Source of the DNA: Synergistetes bacterium ADurb.Bin155
GTDB lineage: Bacteria; Synergistota; Synergistia; Synergistales; Thermovirgaceae
Assembly: GCA_002070395.1 (NCBI GenBank)
Contig: MWDE01000005.1
Coordinates: forward strand, 22,800 to 86,799
Direction of reading: 5' to 3'
DNA: 64,000 nt
The notes under the pieces are model-generated. The model was not told the origin of the DNA. It searched no databases and saw nothing but the letters and a program-made list of their open reading frames with translations. A program made the translations under genes and the position numbers. This document shows, piece by piece, positions 17,555-27,266 of this stretch; position 1 is the stretch's first letter; every line of letters starts with the position of its first letter.

Positions 17555-18342
17555 CCCCAGGGCCAGCCCGGCGCCATACCGAGGTACGAGAAAAACCATG
17601 ACCCCGTCAGCATCGACAGGACCCCTCCCGCCGCCAGGAACGGCCCCAGGGGAATGGGGTCCTTTCGCCTGACCCTCCGCGAGAGGAGCAGGGCCAGAGC
17701 CGTCAGGCCTCCCATCATGAAACCCGTGTAGAGGCCCCAGGCCGCCAGGCGCCACCCCAGGGCGGCCCCCATCCCGGCCGCCAGGCTGGCGTCGCCCCAG
17801 CCCATGCCTCCCCGGCTGACGATGATGATCACCGCTATGACAGCGAACCCCAGACCCGCACCCAGCAGGCCGTCGGCCAGGGCGCCCCACCCCCCGAAGA
17901 CCCGCAGTGCCAGCCCGGCGATGCCGAGCCCCCAGGCGAGGAGATCGTAAACGTAGCCGCTGTAGAGGTCCGTCAGGGCGTTCAGGAAGAGCCCCGCGGC
18001 CACCAAGGCGGCGAAGGCCGCCGTCGCCGAGGGGCCCCACTTCCAGGCAATGAGGCCGCCCATCACGGCCCCGAAGACCTCCACCAGCAGGTACCTCGCG
18101 GGGATCTTCGCCCCGCAGGAGCGGCACCGCCCGGAAAAGGCCAGCCAGGACAACAGAGGGACCAGCTCCCCGGCGGACAGCACCTTGCCGCAGCTGTCGC
18201 ACCGGGAGCGCTCGCTCCCCCACCAGGGGCGGCCCTCGACGGTCCTCGAGGCCACCACGTTGAGGAAGGAACCCATGGAAGCCCCCAGGAGGGCCGAGAA
18301 AAGGACGAAGATGACCGAAAAGACCGGAGCCAACCGCACCAC
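17551..18342 (-). CDS. pilD: prepilin peptidase (A24 family)
   Basis: GSFLNVVASR followed by the Cys pairs C-x2-C...C-x2-C, a polytopic membrane body, and GWGD/ALG motifs. Confidence 0.85.
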   Translation of the reverse strand: MVRLAPVFSVIFVLFSALLGASMGSFLNVVASRTVEGRPWWGSERSRCDSCGKVLSAGELVPLLSWLAFSGRCRSCGAKIPARYLLVEVFGAVMGGLIAWKWGPSATAAFAALVAAGLFLNALTDLYSGYVYDLLAWGLGIAGLALRVFGGWGALADGLLGAGLGFAVIAVIIIVSRGGMGWGDASLAAGMGAALGWRLAAWGLYTGFMMGGLTALALLLSRRVRRKDPIPLGPFLAAGGVLSMLTGSWFFSYLGMAPGWPWG

Positions 18343-18367
18343 CCCCCGCCGCGCCGGCGGCCCTTAT

Positions 18368-18399
18368 GAAAAAGGGTCCCGGCATTCGCCGGGACCCTT
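18368..18399 (-). terminator. intrinsic terminator after the 146-aa hypothetical gene
   Basis: Perfect 12-bp stem AAGGGTCCCGGC/GCCGGGACCCTT with loop ATTC, followed on the minus strand by TTTTC. Confidence 0.6.
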
Positions 18400-18416
18400 C
18401 CGAAGCGAGGTCAAGA

Positions 18417-18857
18417 TCAGTAGATGAGCTTGCTCTTCCCCTTGCCCTTACCGCTGAGCATGTCCAGTTGCTGGAGGACCGCCGGCGAAGCCACGTCGAT
18501 CTTCGGCTTCTCCGCCTGCTGCTTCGCCAGTTCCTGCAGCTTCTTCTCGTAATCCTCCATGGCTTTCTTGATGGCCGCCGCGTCGCCCTTGACCCATTGG
18601 AGTATCCCCTCGGCGACGGTACGGATCACGTCGTCGGCGGGGACCTCCTGGATGAGGCCCAGGTCGGCGAGGATCCTGTGCTCCTCCCTGATGGAATCGA
18701 CGATGTCCTCATCGGAGATCAGGCCCTTGCGGTACATGGCCCTGGCCAGGATGTTGAACTTCGTCTTGAGGTTCTCATCGTTGAAGGCCAGGCTGTCCAC
18801 CCTGGCCAGGAGCATGGACAGCACCTCGTCAAGACTTATCTGCATCGGCATCTGCAT
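18417..18857 (-). CDS. hypothetical protein (146 aa, Lys-rich C-terminus)
   Basis: Start at MQMPMQ (ATG 18857). Coding-like composition and its own terminator. No motif recognised. Confidence 0.55.
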   Translation of the reverse strand: MQMPMQISLDEVLSMLLARVDSLAFNDENLKTKFNILARAMYRKGLISDEDIVDSIREEHRILADLGLIQEVPADDVIRTVAEGILQWVKGDAAAIKKAMEDYEKKLQELAKQQAEKPKIDVASPAVLQQLDMLSGKGKGKSKLIY

Positions 18858-18959
18858 TTTTTTCCCCAAATCCCCCTTTGCTACGGAATCAGCCCCATTG
18901 TAACACGTGGGCAACCCACGGGCTTTGATGCCCCGCACGGAGGGATTATACTCTATCCC

Positions 18960-19847
18960 ATGAGATGGGACCCCGTAAAATACGTGAACCAGGCCGCGTC
19001 GACGATCCGGAGGGAGCTGCCGACGTTTGCCCTCGTGTCCTTCGGCACCTTCCTGGTCTCCTTCGGCATCATGGCACTGACGCTCCCCTACCGCCTCCCC
19101 ACCGCGGGCGTGGCGGGGGTAGCCGTCCTCACCAACTACGCCTTCGGCATCTCACCGGCGTGGGTGGTGGGGGTGGGCAACGTCATCCTCCTCGCCTGGG
19201 GGCTCAAGGAACTGTCTCTCCGCTTCGTGGGGTGGACCGTCTACGCCGTGGGCCTCATGACGGCGCTCCTCAAAGTCATGGAGAGCATGCCCCACCCCCA
19301 GCTCAACGAGCTGCTCCTGGTGGCGATCCTCGCCGGGGTCATCAAGGGGCTGGGGGGCGGGCTGGTGCTGCGGTCGGGGAGCTCCCTGGGCGGCACCGAC
19401 GTGCTGGTGGTGGCCCTCAGGAAGCGCTACGGGATCGAGGTGGGGCGCTTCTCCTTCTATATTAACCTGGTCATCCTCGGGGCGTCGGTCTTCATCATCG
19501 GGCTCGAGGGGGCCGTCTACGGGCTCGTCAGCATCTTCGTCAACGGCCTGCTGACCGACAACGTCCTGCGCTCCTTCGACCGGAGGAGGCAGGTCATCAT
19601 CATCAGCAACCATCCCAGGGAGACGGCCGACTTCATCACCGGCGAACTTCGCCGGGGCGTCACGATCCTTCACGGCGAGGGCGGCTTCACCCACCAGGAG
19701 CGCCCGGCCCTGCTCTGCGTCCTGACCCCGCGGCAGACGGTCGAACTGAAGCGCCACCTTTCTGTCAACGACCCCAAGGCCTTCATGATTGTCTCCGACG
19801 CCTCGGAGGTCCTCGGCCGCGGCTTCAAGAGCTGGACCTCCCTCTAG
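18960..19847 (+). CDS. YitT-family membrane protein (DUF2179 C-terminal domain)
   Basis: Carries FGTFLVSFGI...LPTAGVAGVAVL...GGTDVLVVAL...RQVIIISN...ITILHGEGGFT. Start set at ATG 18960. Confidence 0.85.
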   Translation: MRWDPVKYVNQAASTIRRELPTFALVSFGTFLVSFGIMALTLPYRLPTAGVAGVAVLTNYAFGISPAWVVGVGNVILLAWGLKELSLRFVGWTVYAVGLMTALLKVMESMPHPQLNELLLVAILAGVIKGLGGGLVLRSGSSLGGTDVLVVALRKRYGIEVGRFSFYINLVILGASVFIIGLEGAVYGLVSIFVNGLLTDNVLRSFDRRRQVIIISNHPRETADFITGELRRGVTILHGEGGFTHQERPALLCVLTPRQTVELKRHLSVNDPKAFMIVSDASEVLGRGFKSWTSL

Positions 19848-19850
19848 CCT

Positions 19851-19885
19851 TTGGGGTCAGACCTTGAATTTGAGCATTTGTATAC
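19851..19885 (+). repeat. 35-bp repeat core, copy B (consensus)
   Basis: Identical to copies C and E. It begins 4 nt after the YitT stop. Confidence 0.95.
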
Positions 19886-20330
19886 AGGAAGGGCAAAATA
19901 CGTGAATCGTAAATCGTGAATCGAAGGGGCAAAACCAACAATCAGGAATTGGAAGAGCGAAAAACCGGAAAACAAGGCGACAGGAAACAGTCGTCAGGAG
20001 GCAGAAAGAACTCAAGGCCATAAAAAAGCAGACATAAGGCGACAGCCTGCGGAAAACTCAAGGGCATGGTACCGGGAACACTTTGGTTCTGCCGATCCAT
20101 GCCCTTCGTTTTTCGTATTGCCTGCGCCTTTCTTTTACGTCTAACGTCTAACTTCTCACGCTCTTTTACTTTTCGCCTTTGTCCTTGCCCTTCCTGCCGC
20201 CCGTTGCCTGACGCCTGTCTCCTTGTTTCTTGGTTTTTCGTCTCCCGTCTCACGTCTTACGCTCTTAAAATTTGGCCTTGCCCCTTCGATTCACGATTAA
20301 CGGCCCTTACAACTCGCGGCACTTGCGATT
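19886..20330. repeat. ~450-bp imperfect palindrome built from repeat modules
   Basis: Centre stem is AAGGGCATGG (20060-20069) / CCATGCCCTT (20097-20106). An outer 18-nt perfect inverted match is CGTGAATCGAAGGGGCAA (19915-19932) / TTGCCCCTTCGATTCACG (20278-20295). Further matched blocks lie between them. Confidence 0.85.
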
Positions 20331-20349
20331 CACGCTTTTCTAAAGGATC

Positions 20350-21339
20350 CTACCGTTCCAGCCCTTCCATCTCCTTCTCTATCCTGGCCAGTTCCTCCCT
20401 CGTGGAGGGCAGCAGCCCCTCCATCAGGCTCTCCCTGAACCTGGCGCCGGCCTTCGCCCGGTCCTCGCCTTTTTCCGCCTTGGCTCCCCAGCTGTACTTC
20501 TTCTTCCCCTCGAAAAGGTCCAGGTCCACCAGGCGCTTCCCCGAGGCACCGTACTCCATCCCCATGAGCATACCCTTCACCTGCTCGGGCTCCAGGAAGG
20601 TGGCCAGCTGGAACCGGTAGATGATCAGCTGCATCAGGATGCGGGCGTAATCCTTCCCCCGGCCCTCGCCCAGCACGAGGCCTATCTCCAATTCGTCCAG
20701 CACGAGGCGGAGCCTCTTCGCCTGGAGGGGGTACCTCTCCCACACGTCGTAAACCCGGATCTCCAGGTTCTTCCAGTCGGCGTACCCCCGGGCCTCGTTG
20801 AAGTAGGACATGGCCCTGCTCCGGAGGCTCCTGAAAAGTTTTTCGTAGGGCATCTTCACGTAGAGCACTTCGGGGAAGAGGTCCTTCTTGTCGATCGGGC
20901 GGTTCAGGTTGTTCCGGGTGAACATGACGGCCACCCAGTCGCCGGCGTCGCCCCAGCGCAGGAAGAAGGGGATCCTCCCGACCTTCCCGTCGTAATCCTG
21001 CCTCATCTGCTCAATTATCTCCGGGAAGTCCCCGTCCACCCTGAACAGTATGGTCCTGGGAAGGGTCCTCACCTCGTCCACCTTGTCGCAATACTTCCCG
21101 TTCAGGAGGAAGACCAGGATCTCCGTGGGCCCCACGTCGGCGAGGAAGACCCTCGAGTCCGCCAGGTGGCCGCCCCGGCTGAAGGCGAATATGAGCGTCT
21201 GACCCTCGTCGGAGTGGTCCAGCGCGTCCTTGTAGCGCTTCTCCTCCAGGGGGAACTCCCCGGCCAGCGCCCCCAGGACCGACTCGTCCCTGTACCTGAG
21301 GAACATCCCCCTCGTGCCGCCCCTCACCAGCGAAAGCAT
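20350..21339 (-). CDS. hypothetical protein (329 aa)
   Basis: Long ORF with coding-like composition, 18 nt downstream of the phosphoesterase gene. No motif recognised. Confidence 0.6.
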   Translation of the reverse strand: MLSLVRGGTRGMFLRYRDESVLGALAGEFPLEEKRYKDALDHSDEGQTLIFAFSRGGHLADSRVFLADVGPTEILVFLLNGKYCDKVDEVRTLPRTILFRVDGDFPEIIEQMRQDYDGKVGRIPFFLRWGDAGDWVAVMFTRNNLNRPIDKKDLFPEVLYVKMPYEKLFRSLRSRAMSYFNEARGYADWKNLEIRVYDVWERYPLQAKRLRLVLDELEIGLVLGEGRGKDYARILMQLIIYRFQLATFLEPEQVKGMLMGMEYGASGKRLVDLDLFEGKKKYSWGAKAEKGEDRAKAGARFRESLMEGLLPSTREELARIEKEMEGLER

Positions 21340-21357
21340 CCCCTCATCCCTCCCTGG

Positions 21358-21972
21358 TCACAGGCCCCTTTTCCGCTTGCAGGACCTGGCGTCGTCCACG
21401 TAGAGGGGGTAGGGCAGCACCGACACCTCACCGCTTTCGACGAGGATCACGTTTATCCCGAGGACGCCGTTGAGGTAACGGGCGCCCTCGCTGTCGGGCA
21501 CCACGTCGGCATTGTGCCCGAAGAGGTTGAAGGCCGCCGGCGGCTGGGGCAGTTCCTCCCGGGAGTGCGCCAGGGCCACGTCCAGCCCGCAGAGGGACAG
21601 CCTCACCCCCCGTTCGAAGACCTTCGCCCGGGGGAAGGCCGGGTGAATCTCCCCGGCGAGGTCATGGTTGCCAGCCACGATGGTGACCCTCTCGCCCGGG
21701 ACCTTGCCCATGGCCTTCACCAGGCCCTTCAGTCTGCGCCGGAAAAGGGCGTCGTCCCCCGGCCTCAGGCCCAGCTTGACCTCGTCCACCAGGTCCCCCG
21801 TGTGGACGAGGCAAAGAGGTTCGAGGTAACCCAGGAGCTTGTCCAGGTCGCCGTAAAACGCCGACGGCGTGTCGGAGACATGGACGAGGCACCTCCCCCG
21901 GGCCCCCTCCAGGCAGACCGGCAGAGGCAGTCCCATCCTGAAACAGGCCAGGAAGTCCCTTACGGCCCCCAT
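21358..21972 (-). CDS. calcineurin-like metallophosphoesterase
   Basis: Motifs HVSDTP, GDLVD and GNHD in the canonical order. Confidence 0.8.
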   Translation of the reverse strand: MGAVRDFLACFRMGLPLPVCLEGARGRCLVHVSDTPSAFYGDLDKLLGYLEPLCLVHTGDLVDEVKLGLRPGDDALFRRRLKGLVKAMGKVPGERVTIVAGNHDLAGEIHPAFPRAKVFERGVRLSLCGLDVALAHSREELPQPPAAFNLFGHNADVVPDSEGARYLNGVLGINVILVESGEVSVLPYPLYVDDARSCKRKRGL

Positions 21973-21987
21973 GGCGCTGTCATCCTC

Positions 21988-22461
21988 CTAGGACCTCAGG
22001 ACGTGCAGGCTGTCCGGGGTGGCTATGGGCGACTTGTGGCAGTGGACCAGTTTCCACTCGGGCTTTTCCGCGGTGCCGAAATTATTGAAGACCCTGGTCT
22101 CGTTATGGCTCTTGTGCACCACGTTCCCCGGCGAGGCGGCCCTCACCATGAGGGTGAAGGTAACGATCGCCGTCGACCCGTAGACCTGGACATGGGGAGT
22201 CAGGACCTCGTGCTCCAGGGTATGGTCCTCCGACCCCAACTGGGTAGGGCCACCGCCGACCACCAGCCGGTGCACCCGTAGCTCCCTGAGGTGGAAATCC
22301 AGGCCGTCTATCCTCTGGGGGGAAATGTACCACTCGAAGAAAGTGCAGTCGTCAGAAGTGGTCTCCCGGTATGCTGCAACGTCCCCGTCCCATATACTCT
22401 GCAGGTTCCTCTCCATTACGGCGAGGACTTCCTGCTCGATCGACTTGCCTTGGTCTGCCAT
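21988..22461 (-). CDS. SnoaL/NTF2-like (DUF4440-type) protein
   Basis: Its size and the W-D-GD...Y...D pattern at the N-terminus are typical of NTF2-like folds. This is a weak call. Confidence 0.5.
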   Translation of the reverse strand: MADQGKSIEQEVLAVMERNLQSIWDGDVAAYRETTSDDCTFFEWYISPQRIDGLDFHLRELRVHRLVVGGGPTQLGSEDHTLEHEVLTPHVQVYGSTAIVTFTLMVRAASPGNVVHKSHNETRVFNNFGTAEKPEWKLVHCHKSPIATPDSLHVLRS

Positions 22462-22502
22462 GGCGCTTCACCAACCTTCATCATCGATATTGTCGCCGAA
22501 TA

Positions 22503-22862
22503 TTATAACCGCTGCCGGAAACCCGAAAGAAAAGCACCCAGGGCGATCCCGGAAAGCATACCCAGCAGGTCGGCCGCTATATCGGCGGCCTCGCAGCTCC
22601 TGAAGGGCACCATCGCCTGAAGTCCCTCCGAGGCCAGGGCCAGGAGGACGAGCACCACCACTACCGTCCTGGTCCTGAGAGCTTCACCGGCCGTAGGGAA
22701 GAGCGCCAGGATGAGAAAGACCCCGAAGTGCGCCGCTTTGTCGGCCATCGCCACCTCCGGGAGGGGCGACCGGCTCAAGGGCATGATCGATATCACCAAA
22801 AAGGCCGCGATGCCCGCCACCCAGGCAAACCTCAGCCATCGGACGGTCCTTTCAGTCGGCAT
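22503..22862 (-). CDS. VanZ-like family membrane protein
   Basis: DKAAHFGVFLILA...SEGLQAMVPFR....ADIAADLLG. Start at MPTERT (ATG 22862). Confidence 0.7.
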   Translation of the reverse strand: MPTERTVRWLRFAWVAGIAAFLVISIMPLSRSPLPEVAMADKAAHFGVFLILALFPTAGEALRTRTVVVVLVLLALASEGLQAMVPFRSCEAADIAADLLGMLSGIALGAFLSGFRQRL

Positions 22863-22942
22863 GGGCAGTATCCCTCGAAAGATAAAAAAAGAGGGGCCCC
22901 TTCCCTGGGGAAGCGCCCCTCGAAAGAACGTTACCCCGTCAA

Positions 22943-23116
22943 CTACTGGGAAATAGCACTCACGGGGCAGACCGCCACGCAGGCACCGCACTCGATGCAG
23001 GTATCGGGGTCAACCTGGGCCTTCCCCTCCTCCATGCTGATGGCCGACACGGGGCAGGTCCCCACGCAAGCTTCGCAACCGATACAAAGATCCCTGTCAA
23101 CTACTGCCTTTGCCAT
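22943..23116 (-). CDS. 2x[4Fe-4S] ferredoxin (57 aa), absent from the ORF track
   Basis: Hand translation: MAKAVVDRDLCIGCEACVGTCPVSAISMEEGKAQVDPDTCIECGACVAVCPVSAISQ*. It has two CxxCxxCxxxCP motifs and an AAGGAGGG RBS. Confidence 0.85.
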   Translation of the reverse strand: MAKAVVDRDLCIGCEACVGTCPVSAISMEEGKAQVDPDTCIECGACVAVCPVSAISQ

Positions 23117-23160
23117 GAAGCTTCCCTCCTTGTATAGGGTGATCCAAATCCAACGTTCGC

Positions 23161-23189
23161 AGTATCGTTTATTTTAGCGTAAATTTCAA
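23161..23189 (-). promoter_or_regulatory. sigma70-like promoter of the ferredoxin gene
   Basis: On the minus strand: TTGAAA, 17-nt spacer, GATACT. Confidence 0.45.
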
Positions 23190-23258
23190 GGGCGCCAAAC
23201 CCTCACCCTTGACATCGCGTCGAACCATGGGTGAAGCGGTGGGCCTTCGAGGCGGGCC

Positions 23259-24698
23259 TCACCCGGCGATGCCAAGCCTTTCCCCGAAGGCGGCCTCCAG
23301 GGCTCTCCTGGCGTTGGGGACCTCCTCCGTGTTGCCAGGCACCTCCTCCAGGGACTTCAAAAAGGGCCCCAGGAGATCCCTTCCGGAGATCGCCCCCGCC
23401 AGCTGCGCCGCCCTGGCGGCGTAACCCAGCACCTGGACCGTCTCGATCCTGGAGATGTCGTCGAAGAACCACCCGCAGCTGGTGTACATGAGCATGGCGA
23501 ATCGCTCCATCTCCAGCAGGTCCTCCGCCCGCCCCTCCGGCCTTCCGCCGCCCAGGAGGGAGTCGATGTACCCGTCCCGGGCCTCCCAGGGATCACCGAA
23601 GTATTCGCCCCCGGCCTCCTCAAAGAGGCGGTCCACCTCCTCCCGGAGGCGGTCCAGGGAATCCCTCAGGGGCTTCCTCCATGCCTGGCGCCACTCGGGG
23701 TGGTCCCCGGCCCTGCACCCGCAGTCGGACCTCCACCGCTCCACGCCGTGGGTGCAGCTCCAGGACGTGTTCTCGGCGATCTCGACCGCCGCCGTCGGTG
23801 GGTGCTTTTCCAGGAACTCGCCGTAGACGGTCAACTCCGCCTCGCCGCCCCCCTCCACCGTCTCAAGGCAGTAGGCCAGGGCCATCTCGCCGAAGCGTCG
23901 GTGGTGGCCGAAGGTCTCGCCGTCGACGGCCGCGTGGGAGAGCCTCGCCCCCTCCCCCTGGGCCCCGTCGATCATTCGGCCGGCGAAGGTCCCACCGTTC
24001 TCCAGGAGGTTGCCGAAGGCGATATCGTGGGCCAGCGCGCCGTTGTAGAAGAAAAGGGCGATGTTCCTCCCCGAGGGCAGTTCGCACCGGTAGGGCACCG
24101 TCGTGTCCAGTCCCTCGGCGGTGACGTCGCGCCAGGCGCCCCCCTCCCGAACCCTCGACGCCTGGTGGGGCGCCAGGATCGTGAAAAGGATCCCCGCTTT
24201 CGCCATGACCTCCAGCGTTTCCAGGTCCACTGCCGTCTCGGGCAGCCACATCCCCTCCGGGTCACGCCCGAAGCGGTGCCGGAAATCCCTCTTCCCCCAG
24301 GCGACCTGGGTCCTCTTGTCCCTGGCCGACGCCAGGGGCATGATCATGTGGTTGTAGGCCTGGGCCATGGCCCCGCCGTGGCCCGAAAAGCGCCCCGCGC
24401 TCTCACCGTCGGCGGAGAGGACGGCCGAATAGGTCTCCGGGCTGGCCCCCTCCATCCATGAAAGCAGCGTGGGGCCGAAGTTGAAGCTCATCCTCGAATA
24501 GTTGTTCAGCCTCCGGCGCACCTTCCCTGAACCGTCGAGGAGCCGCGCCGCCGCATTGGGCGCATAGCACTGGATGGTCACCCGCTCATTCCAGTCGTGG
24601 TAGGGCAGCGCGCTCTCCTGGCGCCCCACCCTCCCCGTCCGGGGGTCCTCCCTGGGTGGTTGATAAAAATGCCCGTGAATGCAAACGTACCTGGTCAT
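23259..24698 (-). CDS. glycoside hydrolase family 57 protein (alpha-glucan-active)
   Basis: The N-terminus YVCIHGHFYQPPRE is the GH57 signature. It lies downstream of glgB. Confidence 0.8.
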   Translation of the reverse strand: MTRYVCIHGHFYQPPREDPRTGRVGRQESALPYHDWNERVTIQCYAPNAAARLLDGSGKVRRRLNNYSRMSFNFGPTLLSWMEGASPETYSAVLSADGESAGRFSGHGGAMAQAYNHMIMPLASARDKRTQVAWGKRDFRHRFGRDPEGMWLPETAVDLETLEVMAKAGILFTILAPHQASRVREGGAWRDVTAEGLDTTVPYRCELPSGRNIALFFYNGALAHDIAFGNLLENGGTFAGRMIDGAQGEGARLSHAAVDGETFGHHRRFGEMALAYCLETVEGGGEAELTVYGEFLEKHPPTAAVEIAENTSWSCTHGVERWRSDCGCRAGDHPEWRQAWRKPLRDSLDRLREEVDRLFEEAGGEYFGDPWEARDGYIDSLLGGGRPEGRAEDLLEMERFAMLMYTSCGWFFDDISRIETVQVLGYAARAAQLAGAISGRDLLGPFLKSLEEVPGNTEEVPNARRALEAAFGERLGIAG

Positions 24699-24699
24699 A

Positions 24700-24897
24700 A
24701 AGCCGTCTCCCGCCCCAAGGTTTTCCCCGTTGCCTGGTTTTTGTCCTTCCGTCTTACGTCTCCCGTCTCACGCTCTCCGGTTTTTCCCTGTCTCCCTGTC
24801 GCCTTGCCTTTGCTCTTCCGTCTCACGTCTCACCTCTCACGCTCTTAAAGTTTGGCCTTGCTCCTTCGATTCACGATTCACGATTTACGATTCACGG
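24700..24897 (-). repeat. repeat-module block filling the glgB-GH57 intergenic region
   Basis: GTCTTAC/GTCTCCC/GTCTCAC heptamers, then CACGCTCTTAAAGTTTGGCCTTGCTCCTTCGATTCACGATT. The latter is near-identical to 20258-20303. CGATTCA heptamers follow. Confidence 0.85.
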
Positions 24898-26793
24898 CTT
24901 TTGCCCTTCCGCCTCCAACAAAAGCATTCCCAGCGGCGGCAACGACAGCTGCACCCTCCAAGGGAACCCGTGGGAGGGCTCCTCCACGGCCTCGACCCCG
25001 CCCAGGTTGCCCACCCCGCTGCCGCCGTAGACCCCGGCGTCGCTGTTCAGCACTTCCCTCCAGGTCCCTCCCCGGGGCACCCCCAGGACGTAGCCGTGCC
25101 TTGGCACGGGCGTGAAGTTGCAGACCGCCAGCACGACCTCTCCTTCCTTCGAGAAGCGCAGGAAGGAGATGACGCTGTTGTCGCGGTCCCTGGCGTCGAC
25201 CCACCGGAAACCCTCCGGGGAGCAGTCCTGTTCGTGTAGGGCCTTCTTCGCCTTGTAGACCCTGTTCAGGTCACCCACCCAGCGCCGGATCCCGCCGTTG
25301 GGCTCCCGATCCAGCAGCTCCCAATCCAGCTGCCCCTCGTGGTCCCACTCCCTCTCCTGGGCGAACTCCCCGCCCATGAAGAGCAGCTTCTTGCCGGGGT
25401 GGGCGAACATGTACCCGAAGAGGAGCCGCAGGTGGGCGAATTTTTGCCACTCGTCGCCGGGCATCTTCGCGAAGAGCGAACCCTTCCCGTGGACCACCTC
25501 GTCGTGGGAGAGGGGCAGCACGAAGTTCTCCGAGAAGGCATACCAGGCCGAAAAGGTCAGCCGGTCGTGCTCGTACTTCCGGAAGACGGGGTCCTTCGAC
25601 AGGTAGAAGAGGGTATCGTGCATCCACCCCATGTTCCACTTCAGCCCGAAGCCCAGCCCCCCGGTGTGGACGGGCCGGGTCACCATGGGCCACGCCGTCG
25701 ACTCCTCGGCGAAGGTCTCGATGCCCGGGAAGTCCCTGTAGAGGGCCGTGTTGAGGTCCCTCAGGAACCTTATGGCCTCCAGGTTCTCCTTCCCGCCGTG
25801 GATGTTGGGCACCCACTCGCCCCTTTTCCTGGAGTAGTCCAGGTAAAGCATGGAGGCCACGGCGTCGACCCTCAATCCGTCGACGTGGAACCGGTCGGCC
25901 CAGAAGGAGGCGCTGCTCAGCAGGAAGGACCGCACCTCGTCCCGCCCGTAGTTGAATATGCAGCTCTTCCAGTCGGGGTGGAAGCCCTTCCTCGGGTCGG
26001 CGTGCTCGAAGAGGTGGGTCCCGTCGAACTTCGCCAACCCGTGGGGGTCGTCGGGGAAGTGGGAGGGCACCCAGTCCAGGATCACCCCTATCCCCGCCCT
26101 GTGAAGGGTGTCGACGAGGTACATCAGGTCCTCGGGGCTCCCAAACCGGCTCGTCGGGGCGAAGTACCCCGTCACCTGGTACCCCCAGGAGCCGTAGAAG
26201 GGGTGCTCCATCACGGGCATCAGTTCCACGTGGGTGAAACCCATCTCCGCGGCGTACCCGGCCAGCAGGGGGGCCATCTCCCGCCAGGTCAGGAACCCCC
26301 CGCCGGCGTCGCGCCTCCAGGAACCCGGATGCACTTCGTAGATCGAAAGGGGGCTCTCCAGGGTTTTCCGCCCGGCCCGTGCGGCCATCCACCGGCCGTC
26401 GCCCCAGGCGTGGGAACCGTCCCAGACCACCGAGGCCGTCCCGGGCGGCGTCTCCCAGCGGCGGGCGAAGGGATCGCCCTTCAGGGCCTCGCCGCCGGGT
26501 GAACGGAAAAAGAACTTGTAGAGTGCTCCCGGCCTCACCCCAGGCACGAAGCCCTCCCAGATGCCTGAGGAGTCCCACCGGGGCTTCAGGGGGCAGGCCC
26601 TCTCGTCCCAGCCGTTGAAGTCGCCCACTACGGAGACGCCCTTCGCCGACGGCGCCCACAGGGCGAAGTGGGTCCCCGCTTCCCCTCCTGGGTCAATAAA
26701 ATGGGCGCCGAGCCTCTCGTAAAGCCGGCAATGGCGCCCTTCCCTGAAAAGGTATATGTCCTGCTCCGTCAGGAGCGAGGTGTCATAGCGCAT
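24892..26793 (-). CDS. glgB: 1,4-alpha-glucan branching enzyme
   Basis: 633 aa with GH13 catalytic motifs ([30 protein letters not shown]). Confidence 0.92.
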   Translation of the reverse strand: MRYDTSLLTEQDIYLFREGRHCRLYERLGAHFIDPGGEAGTHFALWAPSAKGVSVVGDFNGWDERACPLKPRWDSSGIWEGFVPGVRPGALYKFFFRSPGGEALKGDPFARRWETPPGTASVVWDGSHAWGDGRWMAARAGRKTLESPLSIYEVHPGSWRRDAGGGFLTWREMAPLLAGYAAEMGFTHVELMPVMEHPFYGSWGYQVTGYFAPTSRFGSPEDLMYLVDTLHRAGIGVILDWVPSHFPDDPHGLAKFDGTHLFEHADPRKGFHPDWKSCIFNYGRDEVRSFLLSSASFWADRFHVDGLRVDAVASMLYLDYSRKRGEWVPNIHGGKENLEAIRFLRDLNTALYRDFPGIETFAEESTAWPMVTRPVHTGGLGFGLKWNMGWMHDTLFYLSKDPVFRKYEHDRLTFSAWYAFSENFVLPLSHDEVVHGKGSLFAKMPGDEWQKFAHLRLLFGYMFAHPGKKLLFMGGEFAQEREWDHEGQLDWELLDREPNGGIRRWVGDLNRVYKAKKALHEQDCSPEGFRWVDARDRDNSVISFLRFSKEGEVVLAVCNFTPVPRHGYVLGVPRGGTWREVLNSDAGVYGGSGVGNLGGVEAVEEPSHGFPWRVQLSLPPLGMLLLEAEGQKP

Positions 26794-26819
26794 GGGGCCG
26801 CGTAGGATCGCCCGGGGCC

Positions 26820-27203
26820 TCAGTCCTTCTGCAGGATCCCGTAGAAGGAACCCCTCCCGGAGTGGTCGTCAAAGGACCACTTGCCCAGGAAGCGGTTCAT
26901 GAAATCGATCCGCCCCAGGAAGTAGATGGAGGCGCCCTCCCCACCGACGGTCATGAACTCGCAGTCCCCGCCCAGTTCCCACCTTCCCTCCACCTCCAGG
27001 TCCATGAGGGCCACGTTGGAATGGACGGTCCCGGTGATGGTCCCGCCGGGCTCCACCTCGACGACGAACCAGCCGTAGTCGTCGCCGATGAAGGTCCCCC
27101 TGTAGGTCCCCGTGTAGGAGGACTGGGCCATCGCCGCTGATGCAACCCCCAGGAGCATTGCGGCCGCCAGAACCGCCGCCCACTTCACCCTTCTCGACCT
27201 CAT
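26820..27203 (-). CDS. hypothetical secreted protein (127 aa)
   Basis: Signal peptide [26 protein letters not shown]. No motif recognised. Confidence 0.5.
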   Translation of the reverse strand: MRSRRVKWAAVLAAAMLLGVASAAMAQSSYTGTYRGTFIGDDYGWFVVEVEPGGTITGTVHSNVALMDLEVEGRWELGGDCEFMTVGGEGASIYFLGRIDFMNRFLGKWSFDDHSGRGSFYGILQKD

Positions 27204-27266
27204 ACTCCATCACTCCCTTTCAAGGATATTTCCAGTCCAGAGATAATATCACATCATCCCGTTATT

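Noticed and set aside
23259-24698. The GH57 gene as a truncated pseudogene, because some GH57/DUF3536 proteins are ~800 aa.
   Set aside because: The ORF is intact from a canonical N-terminus (MTRYVCIHGHFYQPPRE) to a stop. The next 140 nt hold a promoter for the downstream gene, and no continuing frame is seen.
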